This document shows positions 1-9,154 of a DNA stretch of 62,711 nt, in pieces. Every line of letters begins with the position of its first letter. Position 1 is the stretch's first letter. Below the pieces are notes generated by a model. That model had not been told where the DNA came from. It worked only from the letters and a program-made list of their open reading frames with translations, and did no database searches. The stretch comes from Tissierellales bacterium (lineage in GTDB: Bacteria; Bacillota; Clostridia; Tissierellales; JASKZW01), in NCBI GenBank assembly GCA_030152145.1, contig JASLIL010000112.1, positions 1 to 62,711 on the forward strand. Direction: 5' to 3'. The translations under genes and the position numbers were made by a program.

Positions 1-84
1 TCCTACGCAGGATAAAATAAAACCCACCTTTGAAGTAAAGGTTGTTTCTTTTAAATTATCCACTACTGAACTTTGTTTCGTCAT
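1..84 (-). CDS. 5' end (28 codons) of a sodium-dependent NSS/SNF-family transporter; the gene runs off the window edge
   Basis: ATG at 84-82 on the minus strand, with GGAGG (rc of 90-94) 5 nt upstream. The translation MTKQSSVVDNLKETTFTSKVGFILSCVG resembles the conserved F-x-S-K-x-GFIL-x-x-x-G N-terminus of bacterial Na+-dependent symporters. Confidence 0.45.
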   Translation of the reverse strand, partial: MTKQSSVVDNLKETTFTSKVGFILSCVG

Positions 85-366
85 AATGACCTCCTATTTA
101 ATTTTCAAATTTAAGCCTACAATACTACTTTTGCCTACAAGGATGATTATATCATGTAATAGACAAATGTAAACATAGATTGATAAAAACAAGAATATTG
201 TATATCTATAAGTTTTCTATAGTATATTTAAAGTATTTTCTCCTTATGACTACTGGTCCAACCAGGTCTAGTACAGGCAATTAGCCTTTATCTTAAAAAG
301 CTGCCATAAATAGATAGAGATTTATTGTGAAATTTTTTGTATAATCTATGTAGGGAGGGATTTACA

Positions 367-1089
367 ATGGAAGTTTTAGAAATAGGAGGAAGAGGCTATC
401 TTTTTACTTTTTATGATTTGAAGATACCTACAAATGTCTATGTAATAGTGGGAGAAAGTAAATTTTACTTTATAGACACCTACTTAGGCTCGTCATATAT
501 GGAAAAGATTCATAATTATCTTCTTGAAAGATTTGGAGATAGGAAAAATATTGTTTTTAATACCCATAGTGACTGGGATCATATATGGGGTAATGAGTAT
601 TTTAAGGATGCTATAATAGTAGGATCAAATGAATGTTTTCAAAATATAGCTAAAAGGGGGAAGCAGGATTTAAACCAGTTTTCAAACTATGCTAAAGAAG
701 AAATTAACATAGTAAATTTAAACACTGTTTTTAAGGGAGATGTAGAATTTTTAAAAGATGGTATACAGGCTTTCCAATCCTATGGTCATACGGAGGATTC
801 AATATCTATTTATGATTCTATAGATAAGGTTCTACATGTAGGAGACAATGTAGAGTTGCCAATACCCCATGTTCAAGACCAAGACCTAGATAGTTACATA
901 GAAAGTCTGGAGGCTTATAAGGAAATAGACTTTAAATACCTAATAGGTGGTCATACAGGGCTTTTAAAAAGAGAAGATATAGATAGTAATATAGAATATT
1001 TAAGGGCCTTAAAAGAAGGGAATAGTTTTAACTTTGAAGAAGAGATTATGGAAATACATATGAAAAACTTAGAATACATAGGAAAATAG
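367..1089 (+). CDS. MBL-fold metallo-hydrolase
   Basis: Same frame as ORF 337-1089. I prefer ATG 367 because AGGGAGGGA (352-360) lies 6 nt upstream. Metal-binding motif NTHSDWDH, then GHTEDS and GGHTG. Confidence 0.75.
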   Translation: MEVLEIGGRGYLFTFYDLKIPTNVYVIVGESKFYFIDTYLGSSYMEKIHNYLLERFGDRKNIVFNTHSDWDHIWGNEYFKDAIIVGSNECFQNIAKRGKQDLNQFSNYAKEEINIVNLNTVFKGDVEFLKDGIQAFQSYGHTEDSISIYDSIDKVLHVGDNVELPIPHVQDQDLDSYIESLEAYKEIDFKYLIGGHTGLLKREDIDSNIEYLRALKEGNSFNFEEEIMEIHMKNLEYIGK

Positions 1090-1094
1090 GGTAT

Positions 1095-1126
1095 AAGAAA
1101 AAGAGGTCTTCAGACCTCTTTTTCTT
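1095..1126 (+). terminator. Rho-independent terminator after the MBL hydrolase gene
   Basis: 14-bp perfect stem AAGAAAAAGAGGTC / GACCTCTTTTTCTT with loop TTCA. The 3' arm is T-rich. Confidence 0.75.
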
Positions 1127-1212
1127 ATGTAGATAGGACAAAATCTAGATAATTGACTATAATGTATATAGGGTAAATATTAAGCTTGAATTATAATTCT
1201 AGGAGGGATTAT

Positions 1213-1761
1213 ATGAAGAAGATAATAGTATTTTTTGCCGATGGCTTCGAAGAAGTTGAAGCTCTTACAATAGTAGATTACTTGAGGAGGGTGGATATCA
1301 AGGTAGACATGGTATCTATTACCAATGACTTAAAGGTTAAAGGAGCCCATGGTGTCGAGTTATTGACAGATAAATTGTTGGCAGATATAGACCATAGTGA
1401 TTATGATGGTGTTATTATTCCAGGAGGTATGCCAGGTGCCAGTAATTTAAGGGATCATGGTAGGGTAATAGAGATTATAAAGGACTTAAATAGCCAGGGA
1501 AAACTTGTAGCTGCTATTTGTGCAGGCCCTATTGTTCTTAATAGGGCAGATATTATAGCTGGTAAGAATATTACAGCCTACCCAGGCTTTGAAGAAGAGT
1601 TGGCCAAGTCCCAGCTTACAGGAAGACCTGTAGAGATTGATGGTAACATAATAACTGCCATGGGACCAAACTTTGCTGTAAATTTTGCCCTAGAGCTGGT
1701 TAAATATCTTCTAGCTGAAGAAAAGCTTAGAGAGCTAAAGGCAGGTATACTTTATGACTAG
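1213..1761 (+). CDS. DJ-1/PfpI family protein
   Basis: ATG 1213 follows AGGAGGG (1201-1207). Nucleophile-elbow motif AAICAGP and IIPGGMPGA are typical of DJ-1/ThiJ/PfpI. Confidence 0.85.
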   Translation: MKKIIVFFADGFEEVEALTIVDYLRRVDIKVDMVSITNDLKVKGAHGVELLTDKLLADIDHSDYDGVIIPGGMPGASNLRDHGRVIEIIKDLNSQGKLVAAICAGPIVLNRADIIAGKNITAYPGFEEELAKSQLTGRPVEIDGNIITAMGPNFAVNFALELVKYLLAEEKLRELKAGILYD

Positions 1762-2260
1762 AGATATGATACTAATGTTTGCTGTAGATGAGAACTGGAG
1801 TATAGGTTTAGATGGGGATATGCATGTCCACCTAAGGGAGGATTTAAAAAGATTTAAGTCCTTTACAGAGGGAAATATAATAATTATGGGCAGGAAGACC
1901 CTTGAGTCCCTACCCAATAAAAAGCCTCTGCCTGAAAGGATGAACATAGTTCTTACTAGAAATAAGTTTTATGAAGAGGATGGTTTCAAGGTGGTTAATG
2001 ACCTAGATGAGCTTTTTGACTTTCTTAAGGATAATAGGCTTGATAGGAAGGTCTTTGTAACTGGAGGCCAGACCATAGTAGATCAGTTAATTGGCTACTG
2101 TGACAAGGCCTATATAACTAAGATTAAGAAGGCTTTTCCAAAGTCAGATACATCCATAGAAAACCTAGATAAGAATAGTGACTGGGTTTTAGAGGAAGAG
2201 TCAGAAACCATTAGTCAGGGAGATCTGGACTATAGCTATTGCCTATATAGGAGAAAATAG
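1754..2260 (+). CDS. folA: dihydrofolate reductase
   Basis: MILMFAVDENWSIGLDGDM, IMGRKTLESLP and VTGGQTI resemble type-I DHFR. The start overlaps the upstream stop (ATGACTAG). Confidence 0.85.
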   Translation: MTRDMILMFAVDENWSIGLDGDMHVHLREDLKRFKSFTEGNIIIMGRKTLESLPNKKPLPERMNIVLTRNKFYEEDGFKVVNDLDELFDFLKDNRLDRKVFVTGGQTIVDQLIGYCDKAYITKIKKAFPKSDTSIENLDKNSDWVLEEESETISQGDLDYSYCLYRRK

Positions 2261-2339
2261 GAAGATTAAATCGCCTTATTTTTATGAAAGTGTACACTAT
2301 AGAGAGATTTTGCTATTGCTAGAAGAAATATGTTATACT

Positions 2340-2377
2340 CAATAACTATAGGATTATAAATAATCCTATAGTTATTG
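2340..2377. repeat. perfect 16-bp inverted repeat (hairpin or operator)
   Basis: CAATAACTATAGGATT (2340-2355) and AATCCTATAGTTATTG (2362-2377) with loop ATAAAT. Confidence 0.8.
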
Positions 2378-2491
2378 GTTTACCTTTCTTGTGGAGCCTA
2401 TTTTAAATTGTAAATTAGTTGTAAAGACTTTTAGATCCTTATAAGTATATAATGGTTGAAGGAGTTGTAATATTAGAAAGGCGGGGATTAG

Positions 2492-3892
2492 ATGGCAAGA
2501 AGACCTAGGAGAAGGCGTAGAAGAAATAAGTTTGCAACATTACTAGGCTTGGTTTTAATAGTTGTTTTATTGGCTTTAGCTACTAAAACATATGCAAGTA
2601 AAAAGTTTAAAAATGAAGTTGAGAAAGAGTATAAGGATATTTTATCTGGAGAGCTTTCTGAAACTAGATTGGCTGAAAAGGACTATAGTAAGTCAGCTGT
2701 AATAGGAGCTTACTATCCTAAGTTTGGATCTAAAAAGATAGATTCAGAAACCAAGTCTATGGTAGATTCTTATATAGGAAAGTTTAAAGAGAAGACCAAG
2801 GGCTTTAAATCTAAAGATATAAGTGAAATTCCAACACTTAAGATAGATTTTAAGGAAGAAAAACTATCAGACAATATAAGAAATATAGATTTTAGGATAG
2901 TAGAGGACCTGAAATCTTTGGGACAAGGTTTTGAGGAGAATATATCTAGAAGCTATAATCTAGAAGAGGATAGAAGTCTTGAAATAGAAGATCTTTTAAT
3001 AGACCAGGCCAATACCTACCTTAAGACAAAATCCTTTGTGGAGTTTGCACAAAATGAAGAGATTAAGGCAGCAGTAAAGGCTGAGGACTATAAGTTTAAG
3101 GACTTTAAGTTAGAAGGAGATGCCATAGTTTTCCTAGTAGAGGGTCAGCCTCTAAAGGTTAACTTTGATGACCTAGACATGTACTCCAAGCTTGACTTTG
3201 CAAGTTTTAATAAGCTTTCAGATCAGGAGATAGAGGAAAAAATAGAGATAGCAGAGAAGATGAATAAGATAAGACCAGGCTTGGATCCAAACAAGCCTAT
3301 GATAGCCCTAACCTATGATGATGGTCCATCTAGGAAGGCTACTCCTATAATACTTGATACCTTAGAAGAGTATGGAGCAGCTGGAACATTCTTTGTTTTA
3401 GGGGAGAATGTAGGCTACTATCCAGAACTAGTAAAGAGAATGGCTGATGGAGGTCATGAAATAGGAAATCATAGCTTTAGCCATAAGCAGCTAACCAAGC
3501 TATCAGTTGAGGGCTTGAGAGGGGAGATAGACTCAACTCAAAAGGCTGTTAGGGATATTGTAGGCTATGAACCTCAACTTGTTAGACCAACCTATGGAGC
3601 TATAAATGATAGGGTTAAGGAGAACATAGGCATGCCTATGATGCTTTGGAGCGTAGATACCCTGGATTGGAAATATAGGAATGCAGACAGGGTTACCCAG
3701 CATATATTAAACTATGCTAAGGACGGAGATATAGTTTTAATGCATGACCTATATGAGTCAACAGCAGAGGCTACAAGAAGAATAGTTCCAGAATTAAGTA
3801 AAAGAGGATTCCAACTAGTCACCCTATCTGAGATGTATCAGTTAAAGGGAGTGGAGCTTCTTCCAGGCGGAAGATATACAAATATAGAATAG
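2492..3892 (+). CDS. membrane-anchored polysaccharide/peptidoglycan deacetylase (NodB domain, PdaC-like architecture)
   Basis: Arg-rich N-terminus and one TM segment (LLGLVLIVVLLALA). C-terminal NodB motifs TYDDGP and HSFSH. Confidence 0.8.
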   Translation: MARRPRRRRRRNKFATLLGLVLIVVLLALATKTYASKKFKNEVEKEYKDILSGELSETRLAEKDYSKSAVIGAYYPKFGSKKIDSETKSMVDSYIGKFKEKTKGFKSKDISEIPTLKIDFKEEKLSDNIRNIDFRIVEDLKSLGQGFEENISRSYNLEEDRSLEIEDLLIDQANTYLKTKSFVEFAQNEEIKAAVKAEDYKFKDFKLEGDAIVFLVEGQPLKVNFDDLDMYSKLDFASFNKLSDQEIEEKIEIAEKMNKIRPGLDPNKPMIALTYDDGPSRKATPIILDTLEEYGAAGTFFVLGENVGYYPELVKRMADGGHEIGNHSFSHKQLTKLSVEGLRGEIDSTQKAVRDIVGYEPQLVRPTYGAINDRVKENIGMPMMLWSVDTLDWKYRNADRVTQHILNYAKDGDIVLMHDLYESTAEATRRIVPELSKRGFQLVTLSEMYQLKGVELLPGGRYTNIE

Positions 3893-3896
3893 CCAG

Positions 3897-3929
3897 GACA
3901 CTGAGTTTTAAAACTCAGTGTCTTTTTTT
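3897..3929 (+). terminator. Rho-independent terminator
   Basis: Palindrome GACACTGAGTTTT/AAAACTCAGTGTC followed by T7. Confidence 0.85.
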
Positions 3930-4051
3930 GTCTCTAACAAAAATCTTGAGAAAATATTTTCATTTTTTAAGAAAAAAAATGAAAATATCTCCATAGTGGA
4001 AGGAGGATAGAGGGGGTAAAATATGCTTATAGAATTTAAGGAGGGGATTAG

Positions 4052-4699
4052 GTGAGGGAAGTCTTTAAAGTTATCTTGATAAGTCTTATAATTTTCCAGA
4101 ATATCCTATCCTCAACTATGGCTTCTTCAAAGTCCAAGAAGGCCCTTAGAAACTTAAGTTTTTTCAGAATAGACCTTAAAAATCTTAGTTTCAGACTGGA
4201 TCGTATAGGGGAGAACCTAGGTCCTGTAGAAAGACTAAAGTTCTCCCTACACAGTTTATACAATAGTTTTAATGCTAGAAATTTTGAAGATAATAAGTTT
4301 ATAAGAATATCAGGAAGGCTAGTAGCCAAGATTCATGGAATAGAGGCCCTGGACCTGGTAGTTGGACAGGAAATAAATACCTTTGATCTTTTAAAGGTTG
4401 ACTACTTAGATGGGGGAGAGGAAGTTTTAAAGGTGATTTGGAAGACTGACCAGATAGATTTTAAGAGTCCAGGAAGCTACTATCTCCCAGGGGTCCTAGA
4501 CCAGAAGCTACTTCTGTATAGACCCTTAAATATAGTTGAGCACATACCTGAGGAGCCAGACAGTCCAGAGGACCTAGAGGAATTAGAGGAGTCTCAGGAT
4601 TTGGAAATAGAGGATTTTTTAGATCAATTAGATCTATCAGAAGCCTTAATAGGCAAGAAGACAAAGGAAGAAGAGTTGGAAGAGGAAATGGAGTCTTAA
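4052..4699 (+). CDS. hypothetical exported or membrane-anchored protein with an acidic C-terminal tail
   Basis: GTG start after AAGGAGGGG. N-terminal hydrophobic segment VILISLIIFQNIL. The middle segment (LVVGQEINTFDLLKVDYLDGGEEVLKVIW...SPGSYYL) looks like an Ig-like DUF5011-type fold. The tail is rich in E/D. No confident family. Confidence 0.5.
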   Translation: MREVFKVILISLIIFQNILSSTMASSKSKKALRNLSFFRIDLKNLSFRLDRIGENLGPVERLKFSLHSLYNSFNARNFEDNKFIRISGRLVAKIHGIEALDLVVGQEINTFDLLKVDYLDGGEEVLKVIWKTDQIDFKSPGSYYLPGVLDQKLLLYRPLNIVEHIPEEPDSPEDLEELEESQDLEIEDFLDQLDLSEALIGKKTKEEELEEEMES

Positions 4700-4717
4700 A
4701 ATCATTTCCTTTTTTTA

Positions 4718-4746
4718 TTGACAAAATATAAGGAGGAGTATATACT
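4718..4746 (+). promoter_or_regulatory. sigma-A-type promoter of the ytrA-like operon
   Basis: TTGACA (4718-4723), 17-nt spacer, TATACT (4741-4746). Confidence 0.6.
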
Positions 4747-4774
4747 GTTTATATACAACATAAACAGTATATAC
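4738..4774. promoter_or_regulatory. 15-bp perfect inverted repeat, candidate GntR/YtrA operator overlapping the -10
   Basis: GTATATACTGTTTAT (4738-4752) and ATAAACAGTATATAC (4760-4774), 7-nt spacer. Confidence 0.6.
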
Positions 4775-4808
4775 AGTTAGAAATTCTAAAGACTAAGATG
4801 GTGATTAG

Positions 4809-5183
4809 ATGGATATAGTAATTAGCAACTCCAGCAATGAGCCTATCTATAGGCAGATTGAAAATCAGATAAAAGATATGATTATTCAGGGTAAGCTTAA
4901 GGAAGGGGACGCTCTTCCTTCTATTAGACTGCTGGCTAAGGAGCTTAGGATAAGTGTAATAACTACAAAAAGAGCCTATGATGAACTGGAAAGTGATGGA
5001 TTTATAGAGACAGTTCAGGGAAAGGGCAGCTTTGTAGGAAGGCAGAACAAGGACCTTTTTAGGGAGGAACAGCTTAAGGAATTAGAGGAACATCTGGAGG
5101 CAGCCCTTAAGATAAGCGATTTTTTAAAGCTATCTACAGAGGAAGTATTAGAAATGATAAAGATATTAAAGGGAGAGATTTAA
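4809..5183 (+). CDS. GntR-family transcriptional regulator, YtrA subfamily
   Basis: Winged-helix segment LPSIRLLAKELRISVITTKRAYDELESDGFIETVQGKGSFV. Short (~124 aa), as in YtrA-type regulators. Followed by ABC genes. Confidence 0.85.
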   Translation: MDIVISNSSNEPIYRQIENQIKDMIIQGKLKEGDALPSIRLLAKELRISVITTKRAYDELESDGFIETVQGKGSFVGRQNKDLFREEQLKELEEHLEAALKISDFLKLSTEEVLEMIKILKGEI

Positions 5184-5184
5184 G

Positions 5185-6039
5185 ATGGATTATATTTTAG
5201 AGGTAGAAAATCTTTCTAAATCCTATGAAGACTTTGACTTAGATAATATAAGTTTTAAGATTCCAAGTGGAAGTATTATGGGATTGGTGGGGGAAAATGG
5301 TTCTGGTAAGACAACCAGCATAAAGAGCATATTGAAGATTGTAAATAAGGATTCTGGTAGGGTTAGAGTTTTTAATAAGGATATGGATGAGTTTGACAGG
5401 GAGATCAAGGAAGATATAGGCGTAGTCCTAGATGATGCCTTCTTTCATGAAAGTTTTACAGCTATAAATATAGATAGGGTCCTAAAGGATGTCTATAGGG
5501 AGTGGGATAGTAAGGTATTTTTCAGCTACCTAGAAAGATTTAAGCTTCCCAAGAAGAAAATAATAAAGGAGTATTCCAAGGGGATGCTTATGAAACTTAA
5601 GATTTCTGCAGCCCTTTCCCACAAGGCCAAGCTTTTAATCTTAGATGAGCCAACGGCAGGCCTGGATCCTATGGTTAGAACAGATATTTTAGATGAGCTT
5701 TTAGACTTTATACAGGATGAGGATAGGGCCATACTTTTCTCTACCCATATAACCAGTGACCTAGACAAGATAGCTGACTATATTACCTTTATTCACAAGG
5801 GCCAGCTTATGCTATCAATGGATAGGGAGGAGCTTTTAGGTAATTTTGGAATAATTAAATTTGGTTTAGATGATCAGTTTGTAGATATGGAAGACTTAGT
5901 AAACTATAAGTCCAATAAGTTTGGCAGGGAGGGACTGCTTAAGGATCTGGAAAAAAACAGGGAAAAATATAGTGGTTACCCAATAGATCAGGTAAACATA
6001 GAGGATATAATGTTATTTTATACAAGAGGTGAGAAATAA
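5185..6039 (+). CDS. ABC transporter ATP-binding protein
   Basis: Walker A GENGSGKTT, signature YSKGMLMKL, Walker B LLILDEPTAGLD. Confidence 0.85.
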   Translation: MDYILEVENLSKSYEDFDLDNISFKIPSGSIMGLVGENGSGKTTSIKSILKIVNKDSGRVRVFNKDMDEFDREIKEDIGVVLDDAFFHESFTAINIDRVLKDVYREWDSKVFFSYLERFKLPKKKIIKEYSKGMLMKLKISAALSHKAKLLILDEPTAGLDPMVRTDILDELLDFIQDEDRAILFSTHITSDLDKIADYITFIHKGQLMLSMDREELLGNFGIIKFGLDDQFVDMEDLVNYKSNKFGREGLLKDLEKNREKYSGYPIDQVNIEDIMLFYTRGEK

Positions 6040-6671
6040 TGAAAGGTTTATTTACCAAGGATTTTATAGGATTTAAGGGTCTTTTAAAACAAAGCCTACC
6101 TTCACTAATATTTTTTCTAGTAATAGGCTATGCTTCAAAGAATCCTATGTTTTTTACTATGATGATGGGGATGCTAGGTTTAAACGGGACCTTTGCTGCC
6201 ATGGGCAATAATGATGCTTCTGGTTTTGATGCCTATAGCATAACTTTTCCCATAAGGAAGAAGGATCTGGTTAGGGAAAGATATATATTTTCTGTAGTTA
6301 CAGTGCTTGTATCAACGCTGGTTTCTACTTTATTAGTAGGTCTTACCCTCCTATCAGAATTTGAGGGAGGTCTACCAGAGCTTTTATTTTCACAGCTTGT
6401 ATTAATGGCCTTTCTTTTATTTATAAACTACACCATAATACCTATAATATTTAAGCATGGGGTAGAGAAAGCGAGAATAGCTTTATTCCTAGTAACTACT
6501 ATTCCCTTTGTATTGATTATGCTTATATCATTTTTAGATATAAAGCTGCCAGGCCTATCAGCTGAAATAAATGTAGGACTTGTATCAGCCATAACTCTTG
6601 GAGCCTGTGTTATTCTGGGACTTATATCTGAGAAGATAAGTGAAGTTATAGTAGAAAAAAAGGATTTTTAG
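6039..6671 (+). CDS. ABC-2-type transporter permease
   Basis: Multi-TM hydrophobic protein. Coupled to the ATPase gene by a TAATG overlap. Confidence 0.65.
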   Translation: MKGLFTKDFIGFKGLLKQSLPSLIFFLVIGYASKNPMFFTMMMGMLGLNGTFAAMGNNDASGFDAYSITFPIRKKDLVRERYIFSVVTVLVSTLVSTLLVGLTLLSEFEGGLPELLFSQLVLMAFLLFINYTIIPIIFKHGVEKARIALFLVTTIPFVLIMLISFLDIKLPGLSAEINVGLVSAITLGACVILGLISEKISEVIVEKKDF

Positions 6672-6680
6672 TTTGGATTA

Positions 6681-6703
6681 GGGGAGCCTTGGCTCCCTTT
6701 TTA
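6681..6703 (+). terminator. Rho-independent terminator
   Basis: GGGGAGC-CTTG-GCTCCC followed by TTTTT. Confidence 0.7.
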
Positions 6704-6810
6704 ATTTAAGTTAATTAACTGAAAATTCATAAGTATTTAACAATAAGTGGTGATTTATAGTTGAAATTGTTATATTATAGTATAAAGACATTTTAGTTAG
6801 GAGTGTTAAT

Positions 6811-7332
6811 ATGAAACATTGGAAGACAAGTACCAAACTTAAATTTTTATCTGTATTCCTTATATTTGGATTACTTCTTTATTTTTACACTGGGGAAAAT
6901 GGTTTTATGAGTACTAATAATTCCTTGGTAAAAAGAGTTTTAAGGAAGAATGAGTTGGAAAATGGAAGATTTGGTGAGGTTTTAAAATATGGTTACCACA
7001 ATTTGATAATATTTGAACCAGGTATGTCAAAGGCAGAGATGAGGGACTATGTAGACTATGTAGACTATAATAAATACAAGACTTCTGAAGACCCAAAAAA
7101 GGTTAACATGCTATTTACCTATGCCCACAGGGCATCAGGCTATATATATGGAAATCCAGAAAAACTAGGATTTAGATTAAATCTAGAACCAGGCCACTAT
7201 GGTAGGGCCAGTATAGAAAACTACTATTTTATAATGGATGAAGTAGAAGGAAAGAATGGTAAATCCTACAAGGAATATACCCTCTACCCTACATATGAAG
7301 AATATGAAGAAGTTTTAAAAAAGAGCCTTTAG
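6811..7332 (+). CDS. hypothetical membrane-anchored protein
   Basis: SD AGGAG upstream. N-terminal TM segment FLSVFLIFGLLLYFY. No recognisable domain. Confidence 0.5.
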   Translation: MKHWKTSTKLKFLSVFLIFGLLLYFYTGENGFMSTNNSLVKRVLRKNELENGRFGEVLKYGYHNLIIFEPGMSKAEMRDYVDYVDYNKYKTSEDPKKVNMLFTYAHRASGYIYGNPEKLGFRLNLEPGHYGRASIENYYFIMDEVEGKNGKSYKEYTLYPTYEEYEEVLKKSL

Positions 7333-7469
7333 GCTTCTTTTTTTTGCTATTTTTAAGCTAATATTATATAATTTAAAAATATTTCACTAAAATTGATAGA
7401 TTTCGGTCTTCCGTCCCGAACTAGTATATGAAAGACAAATCTACATGTAGAATAATAGAAGGTGATTAC

Positions 7470-8024
7470 TTGAAAATTAATGAGGAAAATTTCATATATG
7501 AGTTAAGGAAGGGAAATGAAAAAGCCCTGGACTATGTAGTAGACAGCTATGGTTGGTTAGTAAAAACTGTAGTATCAAAAAATATGTATGGCCTGGAATC
7601 CTATAGGGAAGAGTGTATAAATGACTGTCTTCTGGCAGTTTGGGAAAATATAGATTCCTTTGACCAGGAAAGATCCAGCTTTAAAAACTGGTTGGCAGGT
7701 ATAGCAAAATACAAGTCTATTGACTATTTAAGAAAATATCAGAAGGAGTTTTCAAATATATCCTTTGAGAAGATTCAAATAGAAAAAGAGGACACAAGTT
7801 CTGACAGGCTTATAGAAAGGGAGAATCTAGAATCTATAGAAGGCCTTCTATCAGACTTAAAGCCTAGGGATAGGCTGATATTTAAGAGGCTTTTTATAGA
7901 AGAAGAGGATATAGACAGTCTGGCAGAGGACTTGGATCTAGATAAGTCCAATATATACAACAGGGTGTCCAGGGCCAGGAGAAAACTTAAGAAAAACTTT
8001 AAGGAGGAAGACTATGTCAAATAA
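7470..8024 (+). CDS. sigma-70-family (ECF-like) RNA polymerase sigma factor
   Basis: Region 2 (LAVWENIDSFDQERSSFKNWLAGIAKYKSIDYLRK) and region 4 (LAEDLDLDKSNIYNRVSRARRKLKK). I prefer TTG 7470, which follows GAAGGTGA. ATG 7428 in the ORF track has no SD. Confidence 0.8.
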   Translation: MKINEENFIYELRKGNEKALDYVVDSYGWLVKTVVSKNMYGLESYREECINDCLLAVWENIDSFDQERSSFKNWLAGIAKYKSIDYLRKYQKEFSNISFEKIQIEKEDTSSDRLIERENLESIEGLLSDLKPRDRLIFKRLFIEEEDIDSLAEDLDLDKSNIYNRVSRARRKLKKNFKEEDYVK

Positions 8025-9051
8025 TATATATGATCAACTAAATGATATAGATTTTAAAGTGGAGGACTATGAGGAAGAAAATTTAAGTGAAATGGAGAGA
8101 AAGATAATGAAAAAAAATATAAAAAATAGCTTAAGGGGATCAAAGAAGAATAAATCATCAAAAGCCAAGTGGATTTCCTTGGCAGCAGGATTTGGAGTTT
8201 TTATAGTAGGACTTAACAGTGGTTGGGGACAGACAGTTTACGGCAAGGCAGAAAGCAAGATAAGAGAAGTAAGCTATGGTGTTTCAGAGATGCTAGGTAG
8301 GGAAAAAAATCTAGAAAGCTACAAAAACTTAGTAAACAAGTCAGTGGAAAACAAGGGAATAGAGGTAAAATTAAATGAGGTTCTACTGGACAGAGATGAA
8401 ATTATTATATCTACAGTTATAGAGGCAGATCACAACTATGAGGGCTACCATTTAGATGATCAACTTTTTATTAATGGAAAAGCAGTTAAGGATCTATCAA
8501 AATCAGGTTTCAGCCAAGCTCTAGGAGACTCTATCTATGGAGAGGTATCCAGCTTAAATATTGGGGGAATAGACTTGGATGAGGAGCTTGAAATTGACTA
8601 CAGAATAAGATCAATTAGCTTTACTGAGGGCGAGAAAACTAAGAAGATAAAGGGACCTTGGGACTTTAAGTTTAGGGCAGATGGCCTAGAGCTAATGAAG
8701 GATACTAAGGACTACCAAATTGGTGAAAAATTTGAGATAGAGGGAATAGACTACTTTATAGACAAGATATTTGTAAATAAGATTAACAGCAAGATCTATG
8801 GCAGAAGATCAGATCTTAAGAGCTACGATATAGACCTTGTAGGCCTTAGCAATAAGGGAGAAGAAGTTAAATTCTACAACAATATAGCCAATAAGGAAGA
8901 CCTAACTTTTAAGCAGGCAACAAGTGTTGACTTAAGTGAGGTGGACTATATAGACTTTAAGGTTAACTATAGGGAACTTCCAGAAAAATCAGGTAGGATA
9001 GATACAGAGTTTAAAACTCTAGACAAAACTTTTAGAATAAATTTAAAATAA
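8014..9051 (+). CDS. putative anti-sigma factor (DUF4179-like topology)
   Basis: Overlaps the sigma gene by 11 nt. Short cytoplasmic N-terminus, one TM segment (WISLAAGFGVFIVGL), large extracytoplasmic domain. Confidence 0.6.
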   Translation: MSNNIYDQLNDIDFKVEDYEEENLSEMERKIMKKNIKNSLRGSKKNKSSKAKWISLAAGFGVFIVGLNSGWGQTVYGKAESKIREVSYGVSEMLGREKNLESYKNLVNKSVENKGIEVKLNEVLLDRDEIIISTVIEADHNYEGYHLDDQLFINGKAVKDLSKSGFSQALGDSIYGEVSSLNIGGIDLDEELEIDYRIRSISFTEGEKTKKIKGPWDFKFRADGLELMKDTKDYQIGEKFEIEGIDYFIDKIFVNKINSKIYGRRSDLKSYDIDLVGLSNKGEEVKFYNNIANKEDLTFKQATSVDLSEVDYIDFKVNYRELPEKSGRIDTEFKTLDKTFRINLK

Positions 9052-9057
9052 GACTTT

Positions 9058-9083
9058 AGGCCAGGGTGAAAACCCTGGCCTTT
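9058..9083 (+). terminator. terminator hairpin
   Basis: AGGCCAGGG-TGAAAA-CCCTGGCCT, then TTCAT (short T tail). Confidence 0.6.
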
Positions 9084-9154
9084 CATCTATAAATAAAAGC
9101 TGGACATGAAATATTTTTTATTTATAGTATAATGAATAGGCTGGAGGTGATAAT

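Noticed and set aside
56-64. TTATCCACT, an 8/9 match to the DnaA box TTATCCACA.
   Set aside because: It is a single copy inside a coding region. There is no cluster of boxes, no AT-rich unwinding element and no dnaA/dnaN nearby.
4023-4055. 10-codon upstream ORF (MLIEFKEGIR) with its own SD, whose TGA overlaps the GTG start at 4052 (GGTGA).
   Set aside because: It could be a coupling or leader peptide. But it is short, has no obvious attenuator structure, and the purine-rich tract is equally explained as the SD of the main ORF. There is not enough evidence to call it a gene.
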